NCBI GenBank assembly: GCA_009103225.1
Contig: RHPI01000026.1
Coordinates: 877,103 to 941,102, forward strand
DNA length: 64,000 nt
Origin: Chlorokybus atmophyticus
Lineage: Eukaryota > Plantae > Mesostigma and Chlorokybus algae
Reading direction: 5' to 3'
In this document: in pieces, positions 41,164-53,239 of the stretch
How positions within the stretch are numbered: the stretch's first letter is position 1
Layout: every line of letters begins with the position of its first letter
Notes under the pieces: model-generated
Told to the model about the DNA's origin: nothing
Databases searched by the model: none
What the model saw: the letters and a program-made list of their open reading frames with translations, nothing else
Made by a program: the position numbers and the translations under genes

Positions 41164-41236
41164 CGACCCCAGTGGGACTCGAACCCACAATCTTCTGTTT
41201 AGAAGACAGACGCGTTATCCATTACGCTATGGGGTC
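41164..41236 (-). tRNA. trnR-UCU: tRNA-Arg (anticodon UCU), intronless
   Basis: Cloverleaf: acceptor GACCCCA/TGGGGTC, D arm GCGT/ACGC, anticodon stem TCTGT/ACAGA with loop CT-TCT-AA, T arm GTGGG-TTCGAGT-CCCAC; T5 terminator 8 nt downstream. Confidence 0.97.
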
Positions 41237-42205
41237 TCAAGTCTAGACGCACTCGCCATTTCGGCAAATGCGCGCCATATGTACTTAGTTTGTTCTTTTA
41301 CTAGAAAAAAACAATAACCGTGAAATGCTTACCCGTTTGCGAGCATCCGTATCTCTGTCCAAAGTAATGACCAATCGAGAAAGGTATACCATAAAGACGA
41401 CTGTAATTACAATAGTATCATGGTGCACCTAAAAGCCGTTACAATTGTTAAGTGCTATTATGATGCATTGAAATATAATAAAAATGTTCAAACAATTGAT
41501 ATAGCTGTGTACACTTTTTATTATTAAGATGTACTGCAACGCTAGCATCACGTATCATGGAAAAACATGATAAAATTTGACAAGTCGTGAACCATCATTA
41601 TGCGCAATGATAGCAAACACAAGAAGCCGTATGCAACAAATCACATTGTCCCACACTATGATGCAATTGTACAATGTTGAATGTCACTGTTGAGTATTAC
41701 GTGATTAATTATCAACTGGCGGGTGTTGTGCAATGTCATGCATATGAATGTTGTAAGCCTTTTGTGCACTATAACAAGAGTAATTATGGATGTTAACATG
41801 TATATTATATAGCAAAATGTTTTTTAAATATTATATGTAACATTATTCAAAGGCTACTCCACATCGAGCTAACACATACATGTTGAACGGCATAATGAAC
41901 AGATGATGACACATGGGTGTAAAGTATGAAAGACTTAATGATAATTTTAAGCAAGTATTGTATGTTTAGGCAATTTTCTATTACGTGTAGTAGCGGGGGA
42001 CGCATGAGGTCTGTCCCGGACGAGGTCTTTCGTGCATAAATGTATGAATAGGTATGTATACATTTAAACAACTTTAAATCAACTACGCAGTAATTAGCCC
42101 GCTCCATTATCATCCATAAAGACCATTTAATTGCCCCTGCTATTACTATGGTTTGCACCTCACACGTGTTATTTATGCACTAACAGATTGGGGCGGGGGG
42201 AGAGA

Positions 42206-42208
<3 letters not shown>

Positions 42209-42262
<54 letters not shown>
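42209..42262. repeat. (AG)n microsatellite
   Basis: About 27 AG units. Confidence 0.95.
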
Positions 42263-42268
<6 letters not shown>

Positions 42269-43174
42269 TTTTACAAACAGACTTCGATCACTTCATGTTC
42301 ATGCTTTTAGCAAAGCATTGGTGCACGGCATGACAGACAAAGATGTTTCCAACAATAGTAATTGTTTATCATCTTTTCCACATTGTTTTTGGTAATGAAC
42401 TGTTAAGATTGGCAAAAATTGCCGTCAATCCCTAATGCACCTTCAATATTAACTTCCCTATAACCACCTCTGCATGGACTCCTTGAATGGGGTAGTGGCG
42501 AACTTGAAGTACACACACTATGAACCGTGCACATTGCAGCCCGTGTGCAGCAACATACGGGATGCAATATGCATAAGCATAATTGATTTATGGACTAAGC
42601 AAAAGCAATGAGGACTTGCATAACAGCAACACTACACACACACAACCGAAGCAGCTGGATTGTAGTGATTAAAGTAAACACACGGACCCACGGTTAGCGT
42701 CAGGGTGATAAAGCAACAAGCAATTGCCAGCACACCGCAAGCAAATTAAAACGGCAATAGCGTGCTGCTGGGCCCCTCTGCAGCTTGTACAGCAGTAGCA
42801 GTGGCAAGGACATGAACAGCTCCTTACACAGGAATCGATACATTGAGACAGATGCCTTGGGGCATGCATGCGAGTGCAATTAATAGAGTTGTCGATCGCT
42901 ACTGTGATTATGGTCGATCGCTACTGTGATTATGTGTTTATGCGTACAAGTTCAACTCTCTCTCACGCGCGCGCACGCGCATTCCATTGCATATGGGCGT
43001 GCCACGTGTTCTTGTAAATGCCTCATCTTCATAGATTGCACAAGCATGTATAGTACATGTGTACTATGCATGCTCGTGCAAGCCATGATGAGCTTGTTAT
43101 TGTGTACGCAGAGTAGCTGCGTACACATCTCTTTGCCTACACACAACAGGTACGTATAGTAGCACATTGTTTAA

Positions 43175-43731
43175 GCTTTCCAATCATCAAGGTACAAGCA
43201 CACATGCACACACTCAAGCACACCAGCGGCTCAAACAACAGGGGCATTTTTATTACTTGGGTTAGGCCTACACGAAATGTGTGCTGTAACTAAGTGCGGG
43301 TGATGTGGGCGGGGGCGGGTCAGCAGCAGTAGCAGGGGATAGGCAAGAAGTGCAAGCACGTCTGTGTGCACAGATGCCAAGGTGAGGCCTTCAGTGTATC
43401 CACGTTCGACAACAACACCAACAGCAACAGGAAGGGGGCGAATTCCGCAAAGGTATGGCGAAGGGGAGTGCTGTGTTGTGCAGTGCGAATGCTGTGGTGG
43501 CCGGCCATGCTGTTGTGGTCCTGCGCGGGGTGTGGTAAATACCCGCCAGTGCTCAGCCTCACTACGGTAGCGAGTCTTGTGTGGCATGGCTGCAGGCCAT
43601 TATGGTTACGTTGTTCAACAGGGTAATTATGGAGCAATGCATGCACCCAATAAGTTAGCAGCAGCAGTTCCAATTGGTAACAGCAGCTGAGTCACTAGTT
43701 GGTCACGCACTGTAGCTGACAAAGATCATGT
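43175..43731. repeat. ~560-bp dispersed repeat, copy 1 (copy 2 at 53240-53808); probable 3' non-coding end of the adjacent Penelope-like element
   Basis: Colinear similarity from GCTTTCCAATCA to TCATGT, including GGGGATAGGCAAGAAGTGCAAGCA and GAGTCTTGTGTGGCATGGCTGCAGGCCATTATGGTTA. Confidence 0.85.
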
Positions 43732-43799
43732 GCGGGCAGACACCCTGCTCCCCACACATTGCATAACCACTTACTCACCTCACTCACCTGTGTTGTTTA

Positions 43800-45000
43800 C
43801 TAGGATCTGTTGGCTACCAACACGTAAAGTCTTTGATAGGATACGTTGTAGGCCATCCCTTCCATCCAATACATCTTTGCTCGCGACTTCCCTAGGAGTT
43901 CATGCATGTGATAGCCATAGAAATGCATGGCCCTGAGTAGCTGCACCAATTTTACACAGAATTGCTCCCGCAAAGTGCATATGCGTTTGAATCCAACAAT
44001 CTGTGACACTACCATTCCCAACATTGCGGAATTGGTTATATGGATGTTCGGGTGTGGTGCCCTTCTGCGTGGTAAGTACCTGCTGGGCGTAGTGTTTGGT
44101 TTATTTATCATATATGCAAGTGCACAGGCCAAGAGCGGGTGTCTGAAAGATCATGAGGTTAAAAAATGGGTCAGTTTCTCCCTATGCTGTCCAAAATAGG
44201 GTGAGCATATGTCGTGGATATATGCCTGCTACAGGAGCGGTTGTGTCCAGGTACATGCACGCTGCAAATTTTGTCAAGTCAACCACAAAGAGGTCATCTA
44301 CGTAGCGCAGCACATGCTTGGCGAACCGGAGCGCCGGTGGTGGTTTCTGCCCCGCTGCTACCAGCCTGGTCATAAAGTCAAGTTTATATGTTAGCAATTC
44401 GTAGTTGGCAATGTAGACCCCTGCGCGCTTTGACATCGAGGTCCCTTTAACCTGTTGATGCATTTGAAGTTGAGCGATCTGCACAAACAGGTTAGTCGGT
44501 ATGAAGTGCAGCATGTGATGCGAATTCGATGCTGTGAAACCCTCTTTGACCTTCCCTTGTAACCGTAAACCCTCTCACCCATGTATTTGTCACCACCCCT
44601 GCTTGCACATTAACATGCAAATGTGTCCTGCGGTGCTTGCGTAACACATTGGCAAAAACCTTATGCACCAGGGTTTGCATGCGTTGCAGCAAGTCTTGGT
44701 GTTCAAGGTTGGTGTAAAGAGTGGTGAAATCATAAGATTGCTGCAATTTCTCACACTTACCCACGATGTTACGGGAAGTGTTGAAGTGTTGCTGCAGGCT
44801 CTTAAAGCCGGTTGAGTCCTACATTATCCAAATTTGCGGCAGCTCATCCAAAGCCTCACTCCAACAAGTAGACCACAGTGGATGTACAGGCTTTGTACGT
44901 ACGCTTCAGCCAGAAAAGAAGCATCAGCCAAGGTAGTAACCAGTGCAGCAGCGATAAATCTGTGGCTCTTTATGCAGTTTGATATACATATATAAGTGTG
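43800..45000 (-). mobile_element. Decayed, 5'-truncated Penelope-like element reverse transcriptase (Chlamys/Naiad-like)
   Basis: Frameshifted motifs in order: LYMYIKLHKEP..RFIAA, SYDFTTLYTNL, LRYVDDLF, then thumb-like GMVVSQIVGFKRIC..F..KLVQLLRAMHFYGY; C-terminal RT with no downstream endonuclease. Confidence 0.75.
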
Positions 45001-45061
45001 GCAGGCGTGGTGGCACTCCTTGTGTGTTGTGAAGCAATCCTTGCTGGTTTGATATACATAT

Positions 45062-45408
45062 ATAAGTGCCATCATCGATAGGTCGCGACTTGCCTAATGG
45101 CAGTCGCGTCGGACTGACCAGTGCAGTCGGCGCGGCAGGACGCGACCTGCTGGTCGCGATGCGACCTGTGGGGCCGGCAGCGGTGCGCTATGCGCGCGTT
45201 GTATACCTTTATGGGCCTAAATTGGCCGGCTGTTGGGCCGGTGACCGACCCTAAGTCAGACCCCTGGGAAGATTCCCCAGCTGATGGGCGCCAGCTGCCG
45301 AGGACGTCAGCGTTCTTAAGTGGGGGGGGATGTAACGGGAAGGTACATTTATAACCACAAATCGACCATAAAAGCATCAAGTCTTTTGTGGTCGAGTGGG
45401 CTGTGACA
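45062..45408 (+). mobile_element. 5'-truncated TRIM family A copy (internal region, PPT, 3' LTR)
   Basis: Colinear with 29044-29377; PPT G8 at 45322-45329; LTR TGTAAC...GTGACA at 45331-45408. Confidence 0.85.
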
Positions 45409-45920
45409 CATTGTTTAAGAACGTGTGCATCATATCTATTTCATGCATGTAGTCATTATTGCGCGTCCGACCTTTTCGAAGGACATATTGATCTTAAGAC
45501 AGAAATGTCTTCTACATCGATGTAAGTGTTGAGAAACAAACTATGCATAGATGCATTTGTATTAAACACCATAGGTTGCGGTCATTGACGAACACTCAAA
45601 TTGCAATGTCCTTATTTTGGATGTATGCGACTGATCGGTTATTAAGGCGTCGGCCGGTCTACATCTTGAATACTTTACGCACAACCATGGGGCTAGCATC
45701 AAGTGCAGCATCTGCATTCCCGATAATTTGTGTATACAAGTAGCCTGATAGTAATCAGCCTCTCAACGCTAAATTAATAATCCTTATAGCATATTCAGCC
45801 TGAGGTTATAGTGACGGAAAGTGGTCGGCCTCATATGCATATGTGCGCATACATGTGCACTTAATAGCATGCATGTAGCAATTCATAAACGTATGTACAA
45901 CAAATTATACGTAATTTTGT

Positions 45921-46030
45921 TTGTACATATATAGGTGTACACATATATACTTGTATATGCATATATACATATATATATGCATATATATGTATACGTATTT
46001 ATATATATGTATATGCATATATATGTATGT
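45921..46030. repeat. Degenerate TA-rich (TATA/TGTA/CATA) microsatellite
   Basis: Low-complexity alternating purine-pyrimidine run. Confidence 0.8.
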
Positions 46031-47033
46031 ATCTTTTGTGTGTGCGCGCACGTGTTTACAACAACTATTTGTCGTGCCCATCACACAGGTATTTATTAAT
46101 AACTACACGTGGTTAAGTGACCGGCTGTTATGGGGATGCACAACGTACGGCCGAGATTCGCTAGAGTATAATCCAACGGCCACACAGCAAGTTTTGATCT
46201 GCTAGTCAAATAGCAGCTGGCACCGGCAATCTGCGGCAAATCCGGCATTGTGGGCCCGCATTGCCGGGGTGACGCACTTATGTGATATGCATGGCAGCTG
46301 TCAATACGTTGGGCGGCAGCTAGTGTGCAGTGCAAGGAAATGCTCGCCATCAATGGCGGCGGCGGTGGTGGCGTTATGGCCGTGGGGAGAGCTAGCGCCA
46401 AGGTGTTACTGTCGCCAAAGCATGTACGCCTGACTGCGGCAAAGGCTGAGGTTGTCACGCCTGGCTGGCCAACCGCCGGGCCAGCGGCTGGGACATAGCA
46501 GCTTGTTGGCAGCTGACTGATTTTGCCAATAAGGTGAGGTGAAATCTGTTAATGTAGTTACTGCTGGTACGCTTTGCGCGTGTGCATTGCAGTGGACAAC
46601 TTTGCAATAATCTACCCGTATAACGCGTGATGGCAACAGAGCTTTCAAGCAGATGAGCAAATCTCGCAGAAGCTATTGCATGCGCAGGCCGTGCAGTACA
46701 AACAACAGGTGCATTATCGTGCATAAAATTCACAGCTGGTGTAACGGGAGCATAGTATTGGGGACATTATTGCGACCTAAATAGCTACATAAGCTTCATT
46801 TGTGTTAATAAGTATCTTTATTTACTTATTTACACCCCTTTTCTACGGTTCCTCGCTTATATCCGATTATAATAATGGATATAAGTTCCAACGGGAGTAG
46901 GACCGCCTATTCAAGCATATTTAAAGTCGCATAATATATATGCGACTATTATAGCCAGCTATTGCAATTGGGTACCTTATCGTTTGGTCCCTTATCATTA
47001 GGTATTTGAGCTTTGATTGGCTCACGCCAGATT

Positions 47034-50000
47034 TCTAACGGTTACCCTATCCGAAGGGATGATATCTGGTGTTGAGTTTGATATCGAGACACGTATATGT
47101 GATAAACTCTTGATATAAAAGGTTACATCAACTGATGGGATTCCATTCAGTCTTCTGCCACTGCGGCATGCTGCCGGCGGCTTGACAGACTTGTTGCTGG
47201 CGGTGTGGGTGTTGGGGTAGAGGATTGAAGGGTTGTCGGCGGCGACGCCGGCATCGGTTACATTGGTTTCGGAGCTGGTGGGTGATGTGAATATTAGCGG
47301 CGGCACCCTGCTTTGCACCAATCGCAAGCGGCGGCAGCGACCTCGCCATTCGTCCACGCCACCAGCCTTTCGAGTTTGCTTCCCTGCATCACCTCTACGT
47401 CGAGCAGTAGCCAAAATAGCCGCCGACGTGAGAGGTGCACTGTCATTTAACAAGTCCGTGACTTGCCCCGTGCTTGCGTGTGTTTGCCAGGGCGTGCGTG
47501 TGCATGTTCTTGTCAATGCATAAGTATTGCTTCATCATGCCACCGCACTGTCATTGCCTGTCGCTGCCTGTCCATGCTTGCCAGTGCATGCATGCGTGTG
47601 GGCTTGCCAGTGCACTTCATCACTTCTTGTCGCACCGTGATTGCACTGTAATTGAGTTGCATGCAGTGATTATCGCACAGTCATTGCAGTGCATAGTCAG
47701 TGATCGCTAGTCATTGCTTTGTCATTGCCAATCACTGCCTGCTGCTGCCACTCACCTGTTTGGGCAACACGCCCGTCCATAAATCCACCTCGGGATTCGA
47801 ACCCTCCCCCTCTGGCTTCTTGCCTGGAGATTGGGACTTGGTTTGGGACAGTTTGAGGGAAGGACCAAGACATTTGGCCCCTTACCCGGGTAGTCCCAAC
47901 AACTCTCTCTCTACCTCACTGCTGAAAATCGGGATTGTGCTTGGGACAATCTTGGGTTGGAACCATTTCGTCCTATCCAGACTTATTCTGTTTGATGCTT
48001 TTTCAGGTTCAACCAGCTTATTTTGGAACTGGTGTGGACTGTGTTTGGGCTTTGGCCAACTTACAGTCATTCTAACCGTTTTGATGAGCCTGTTCCAATG
48101 GTGAAATTCTCACTACCCCATTTTCGCCTGTTTTGCAGATAAATGGACGAGAAATCGGCGCCCACCTCAAAGGGGGAAAGTTCAGAAAAGGAGCAACCAT
48201 CCCGTGAGGAGGAATTTCTTTCCATGGAGAATATCCCAAACCCGGATGATGGACCGGATGAGATTCAAGCTACGAAAACCGTGGATGATTTGGTGGAGCC
48301 TGATGGCCCACCTCCACCACCTTTTCCTCGAAATCTCCGTTTACATGACGAAGCAAGATTTGATGGATTACTTCCTTGGCACCTACAGTAAGGTCCTTGT
48401 GAGGCCATTGTCTCACTCATTAACTTCCTCTTTCATATGACAGCAACAGTCTTAAAGCTCACCACCTTTATGGGGCGGGATTGGGAGACACAGATGATTA
48501 AAGGCAAATGTGTTCTAAATATGCTCGAGCGCCTTCAACGTAATGGCAGTAAACCTGTTCAGGCTCTCGCTTGTCCTTCTGAGTTTACTCCCAACAAGCA
48601 AACAGCCATTTTTAACTGGCTTGTGAAGTTGAGACACTATGTCAACTCCCTTCGCATTTCTGAGAAGGGAAAGTTGCGTGTTGCTGAGTTGCTGATTCCG
48701 GATGATGCTTTCTCAGAGTGGCATCGCCGTAAGCAACGTGACGCGAACCTCGGGCGAGAAGTAAGCCAGTTGTGCGCTTTACAGTAACAGCGCTACGGTG
48801 GTACCGACCTTGCTCAGCAAGCTCGCAATCAACTTCACAACCTGCGATAAAATGGTCGTGCGGTTCAACAATACAATCAGGAGTTTCAATCTTGTGTTAG
48901 CAAAGTCAAGGCTGGCCGTCTGCCTATTAGTGATGCTGATCAGTTGAACATGTGTAGGCGTGGCTTGGATCACGAGCTGCTCCTGCATGTTGCCATCAAC
49001 ACATCCACCCAGGCAGAGTGGCGTGCTGAAGAGCTACCTATGCTCATCACGATGGTGACAGCTATTGCCAACGCCGTACGTTCAGCTGCGAAGCCTGCTG
49101 CGCCATCAGCAGCTCCTGATCGTCCTTAATCTGATAGCAAGCCCCATTTTGCAAAGAAGGTGAAAACAGCAGTACCTGGATTTGCTGGTCCTTCTTCCGC
49201 TGCGAAACCGGCTCTGGTGTGTTCCTTTTGCAAGAAGGTTGGGCCACACTGAGGGTACCTGCGATGCGCAGAAGAACAAGCAAGCCAAGCAGCAAAAGAA
49301 GGACAGCAAATAGGAACTGTCCGTGATAAGTAGCATGTTGCAGAGGGATACATTAACCTTTGTACTTTTTAATAAAGTTTCTGCTTTGTGTGCTATTTCA
49401 GATGTGTGGACTGATGTAAACCCCGTTGTTTCTAACACGAATGGTTGTATTCTCATCAATGTGCCATTCTTTGAATTGTTGTTTGCAATCAAACAATTGC
49501 ACGAGTTGCAATCGCAACATTCCCTCACTGCATGCGTTGTGGTACCTCGGTATCATGGCCCATGGTGTAAATACTTTAAGGGGGGAGAGGTGATTGCTCA
49601 ACTCACACGAAACAAAACAGGAACATTACCACTTCAGGTATTTTTATTAAAATCGCAATCAATGACGACATTCCAACATTGGCAACTGTTTATGGTAGAT
49701 CAGTACCACTTAAGTGGCGTTTTGAGAGTCAGTTTATGGATGCCTCGTGCACATCATTAATTGACACAGGTGCAAACCACAATTTTATGGAACATGCTTG
49801 GGTGAAAAGAAACACATCGCATTTACACCAGTCGCATCATATGTACGAGCAGCTGGTTCTACTCTGAATGCTTTAGGAGAAGTGAAAGGACGCTTTGTTA
49901 TTGCCGGATGTAAAACACATACCACATGTATTGTGGTGAACATTGGGAATCCCGGTGTTGACTTTGTGTTAGGTGAACCGTGGCAAACCGAAGCGGGTAT

Positions 50001-52997
50001 GCTACTTGATGCTCAAAATGGCACGTGCACGTTTAGGAGGGAAAAACGCTCTTTCACCTCAAAAGTGGCACACGTGGTACATGATAACAAGCATACTACT
50101 CCACTTCTCACAGCTATGCAACTTAAGCGTTGCATGCGCAAACGAGAGGAAGTGTACTTGTTGCACTTACACGAGGTAACAACACCTGAAAACGATGGTG
50201 TCCAAGACCCCGTTGTGCAATCACTTGCACAGCACTATGCTGATGTTTTCCAGGAAGAACTCCTTGAGCTTCCTCCTGATGGGAACATTCACCACACCAT
50301 CCCACTCGAAGAGGGAGCTAAGCCAACATGGCGGCCTATTTATAGGCTAAGTCCCTTAGAACATGCGAAAATGGGAAAGCAGCTAAAGGAGTTGCTCGAT
50401 AAAGGTTTGATTACCAAGAGTATCTCCCCATTCGATGCACCTACTCTATTCGTGCCCAAAAAGAATGGCAAGTTGCGCATGTGTGTGGATTATTGGGCAT
50501 TAAATAAGTTGACTATAAAAACCAGGTATCCTTTGCCAAGAATTAATGATTTGTTTAATAAGTTGTCAGCTGCAACAGTATTGAGCACTGGATCTGACAA
50601 GTGGTTATCATCAAATCAGGATTCAATCTGATTTGATGATAACCACCGAGGAAGTACAAAAGACAGCTTTTCGTACATTGATAGGGCATTTTAAGTATAA
50701 AGTGTTGTTTTTTGGGTTAACGAACGAACCCGCAACGTTTCAGGCAGTTATGAATGCTGTGTTTGTGGATGAGCTGTGTAACTTTGTGCTGGTATGTCTG
50801 GATGATATTATTGTGCTTAGCAAAACCTGGGAGGAACACCACAAGCATTGGCAAACGGTGTTGTTAACATTGCGAAAACACATATTCTATGCCAACCTGT
50901 CCAAATGCAACTTTGCACAAGAAGAACTTCCCTTTCTGGGACATGTAATTGGCAAAGACGGATCAAAACATGATCCTTACAAGGTGTTGGCAGTCAATGA
51001 GTGGCAACCACCAAAAGATGTGCATTAATTACGAGCCTTTTTGCGCTTAGCCAATTACTTCCGCAAGTTCATGCGAGGGTATTCGACTATGGCCAATGCA
51101 TTAACAACTTGACTTCGTAAAAATATGAAGTTTGGGTGGATAGAAGCAAATGAGAAAGCCTTCTCATGCATCATGCATTGACAAAGGCACCCGTGTTAGC
51201 TTTTCCGGATCACACCAAACCTTTTGTGGTGGGCAGTGATGCATCCAACATAGGATGTGGTGCAGTTTTGCTTGAAGGCGACAAGCCGTGTGCCTATGAA
51301 AGCAGAAAATTCAACCCTGCCGAACGTAATTACACAACCACCGAACAGGAATTACTTGGTGTTGTGCATGCGTTACGCACTTGGCGTTGCTACTTAAAAG
51401 AGGTGGAATTCTCAGTGATTACGGATCACAATCCTCTTACCTTCTTTCACACGCAACAAAACTTATCCCGACGACAAGCCAGGTGGAATGAGTGCTTATC
51501 TCGTTTTACATGCACATGGCAATCCTTTGGGACGCATCATATGGCTGATCCACTTAGCCGCGGTCTGGTTCTCCTAGCACTTACGCGCTCGCATATACAG
51601 CGCATTGCACCCACTGAGGACCCCTTTTCAAAGGAGGTATGAAAGGGCTATGCCACAGACAATTGGTTTAACAGTCCGGTGAACACTTCTCAACTGAGAA
51701 AAAAGGAAAACTTGTGGTATAAAGAATTAAATAGTCATACCCAACTTGACAGACAGACTTACGCACACAGTGTTTGCAATCAGTGCATGACCCACCGTAC
51801 GCTAGGCACTTGGGCAAGCATAAGACGCTCAAGCACGCGCAACGGTTGTACTGGTGGCCGTCAATAACCATTGATGTGGATCAACGCGTTCGCATATGTG
51901 ATGTGTGCCAACGAAATAAGCCGTTGCGACAGAAACAATCAGGTTTGCTGAAACCGTTAAGCATCCCAAAACAAAAGTGGGACAATGTTAGAATGGACTC
52001 AATTACTGACCTTCTCAACCGTTATCCGGAAACAGCTGTTGAAAATACAGCCATCACTGTTTTTGTCGACAGGCTTACGAAAATGGTGCATTTCATTCCC
52101 TGCTCCACCATCGCGAGTGCACGAGACTTAGCATACTTGTTTGTGCAAACGGTTTTTTGAGCACACGAGGTTTCTCGCGAGCTTGTAACAAACCGTGAAC
52201 CAAGATTTGTCTCCAAGTTGGCGAGAAGCCTGTGGGCTGTTGGGTGTGACACAAAGCATGTCGACTGCTTTTTACCCAGAAACAGATGGTCAAACTGAGC
52301 AAGCAAATCAAGTGCTTGAAGAAATAATTCGACATTATGTGTCTCCCAACCATTTGAATTGGGATAAGTACTTGCCGATGGTGGAGTTTGCTGTAAACAA
52401 CGCATGGCAAGTAAGTGTGAATGCGACCCCGTTTTTCTTGAATTACGGGATACATCCTAACACACCTACTTCGCTGCGTGTACCCCGCGATGAACCATCT
52501 GTACCAGCGGCAAAAGACTTTGCCGCTGCAATGCAAGAACATTGGCACGAGCCAAGCAATGTTTGTCTGAGGCACAAGATAGACAAAATGCTTATGCTGA
52601 TAAACATCGAAGGATGGCCACTTTCGATGTTGGCGACAAGGTGTTGCTCAATGCAAAGAACATAACCATCAAGGGTACCGGAGCGCGCAAGCTGCTTCTG
52701 AGATGGTTAGGTCCATTCTGTGTCATTGATGAAATTGGTTCGCATGCTTACGGACTGCAATTGCCCCCAAGCATGTGTATACACAACGTGTTCCATGTGA
52801 ACTTGTTGAAACCTTACCGCTCTGACGGATGGACTCAGCCTCCACCTCCACCTATCACGGTGGATAGCGAGCTCGAATATGAGATGAAAGCTATTTTGGA
52901 TCATAAACTCAATAGTCGTGGCCGCGCAACCCGCTATTTAGTTAAGTGGAAAGGGTATGGTCCAGAACATAACAGCGTTTGCATGTTTTATAGATAA
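47034..52997 (+). mobile_element. Decayed Ty3/gypsy chromovirus (5' LTR, PBS, gag, PR, RT, RNase H, integrase, chromodomain); 3' LTR absent
   Basis: LTR end GGTTACA at 47262 and PBS TGGTTTCGGAGC at 47264-47275. gag ~48143-49300 with frameshifted CSFC..H..C knuckle, protease [35 protein letters not shown], RNase H SDASNIGCGAVL..ELLGVV..TDH, integrase H..H..C..C and MDSITDL/TDGQTEQ, chromodomain YLVKWKGYGPEHNS. Many stops and frameshifts. LTR start at 47034 is inferred only from the inverted-terminus match. Confidence 0.92.
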
Positions 52998-53239
52998 AAA
53001 TGTTTCAACAATGAACTAACACTAGCTATCCACAATGACAACTTAGTTAATTGTAATATGGACACAAGTGTCTAGATTAATAATTGTCCAATATGCCGCG
53101 GACTCTTTGTAGTGCACGCACGAACGTACTGACAAAAAGAGCCTTGGAAGAGCGTGCTTTTCCAGGCGGCCGATTGCGATAAGAGCAAGGATTAAACTTC
53201 TCCTAAATTACGACCAAAATCCACCGGCAAAATGCATAG

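Noticed and set aside
28867-45408. Short hairpin-containing direct repeats as a CRISPR-like array
   Set aside because: Only paired copies about 430 bp apart with TG..CA ends, PBS, PPT and TSD; these are LTRs in a eukaryotic genome
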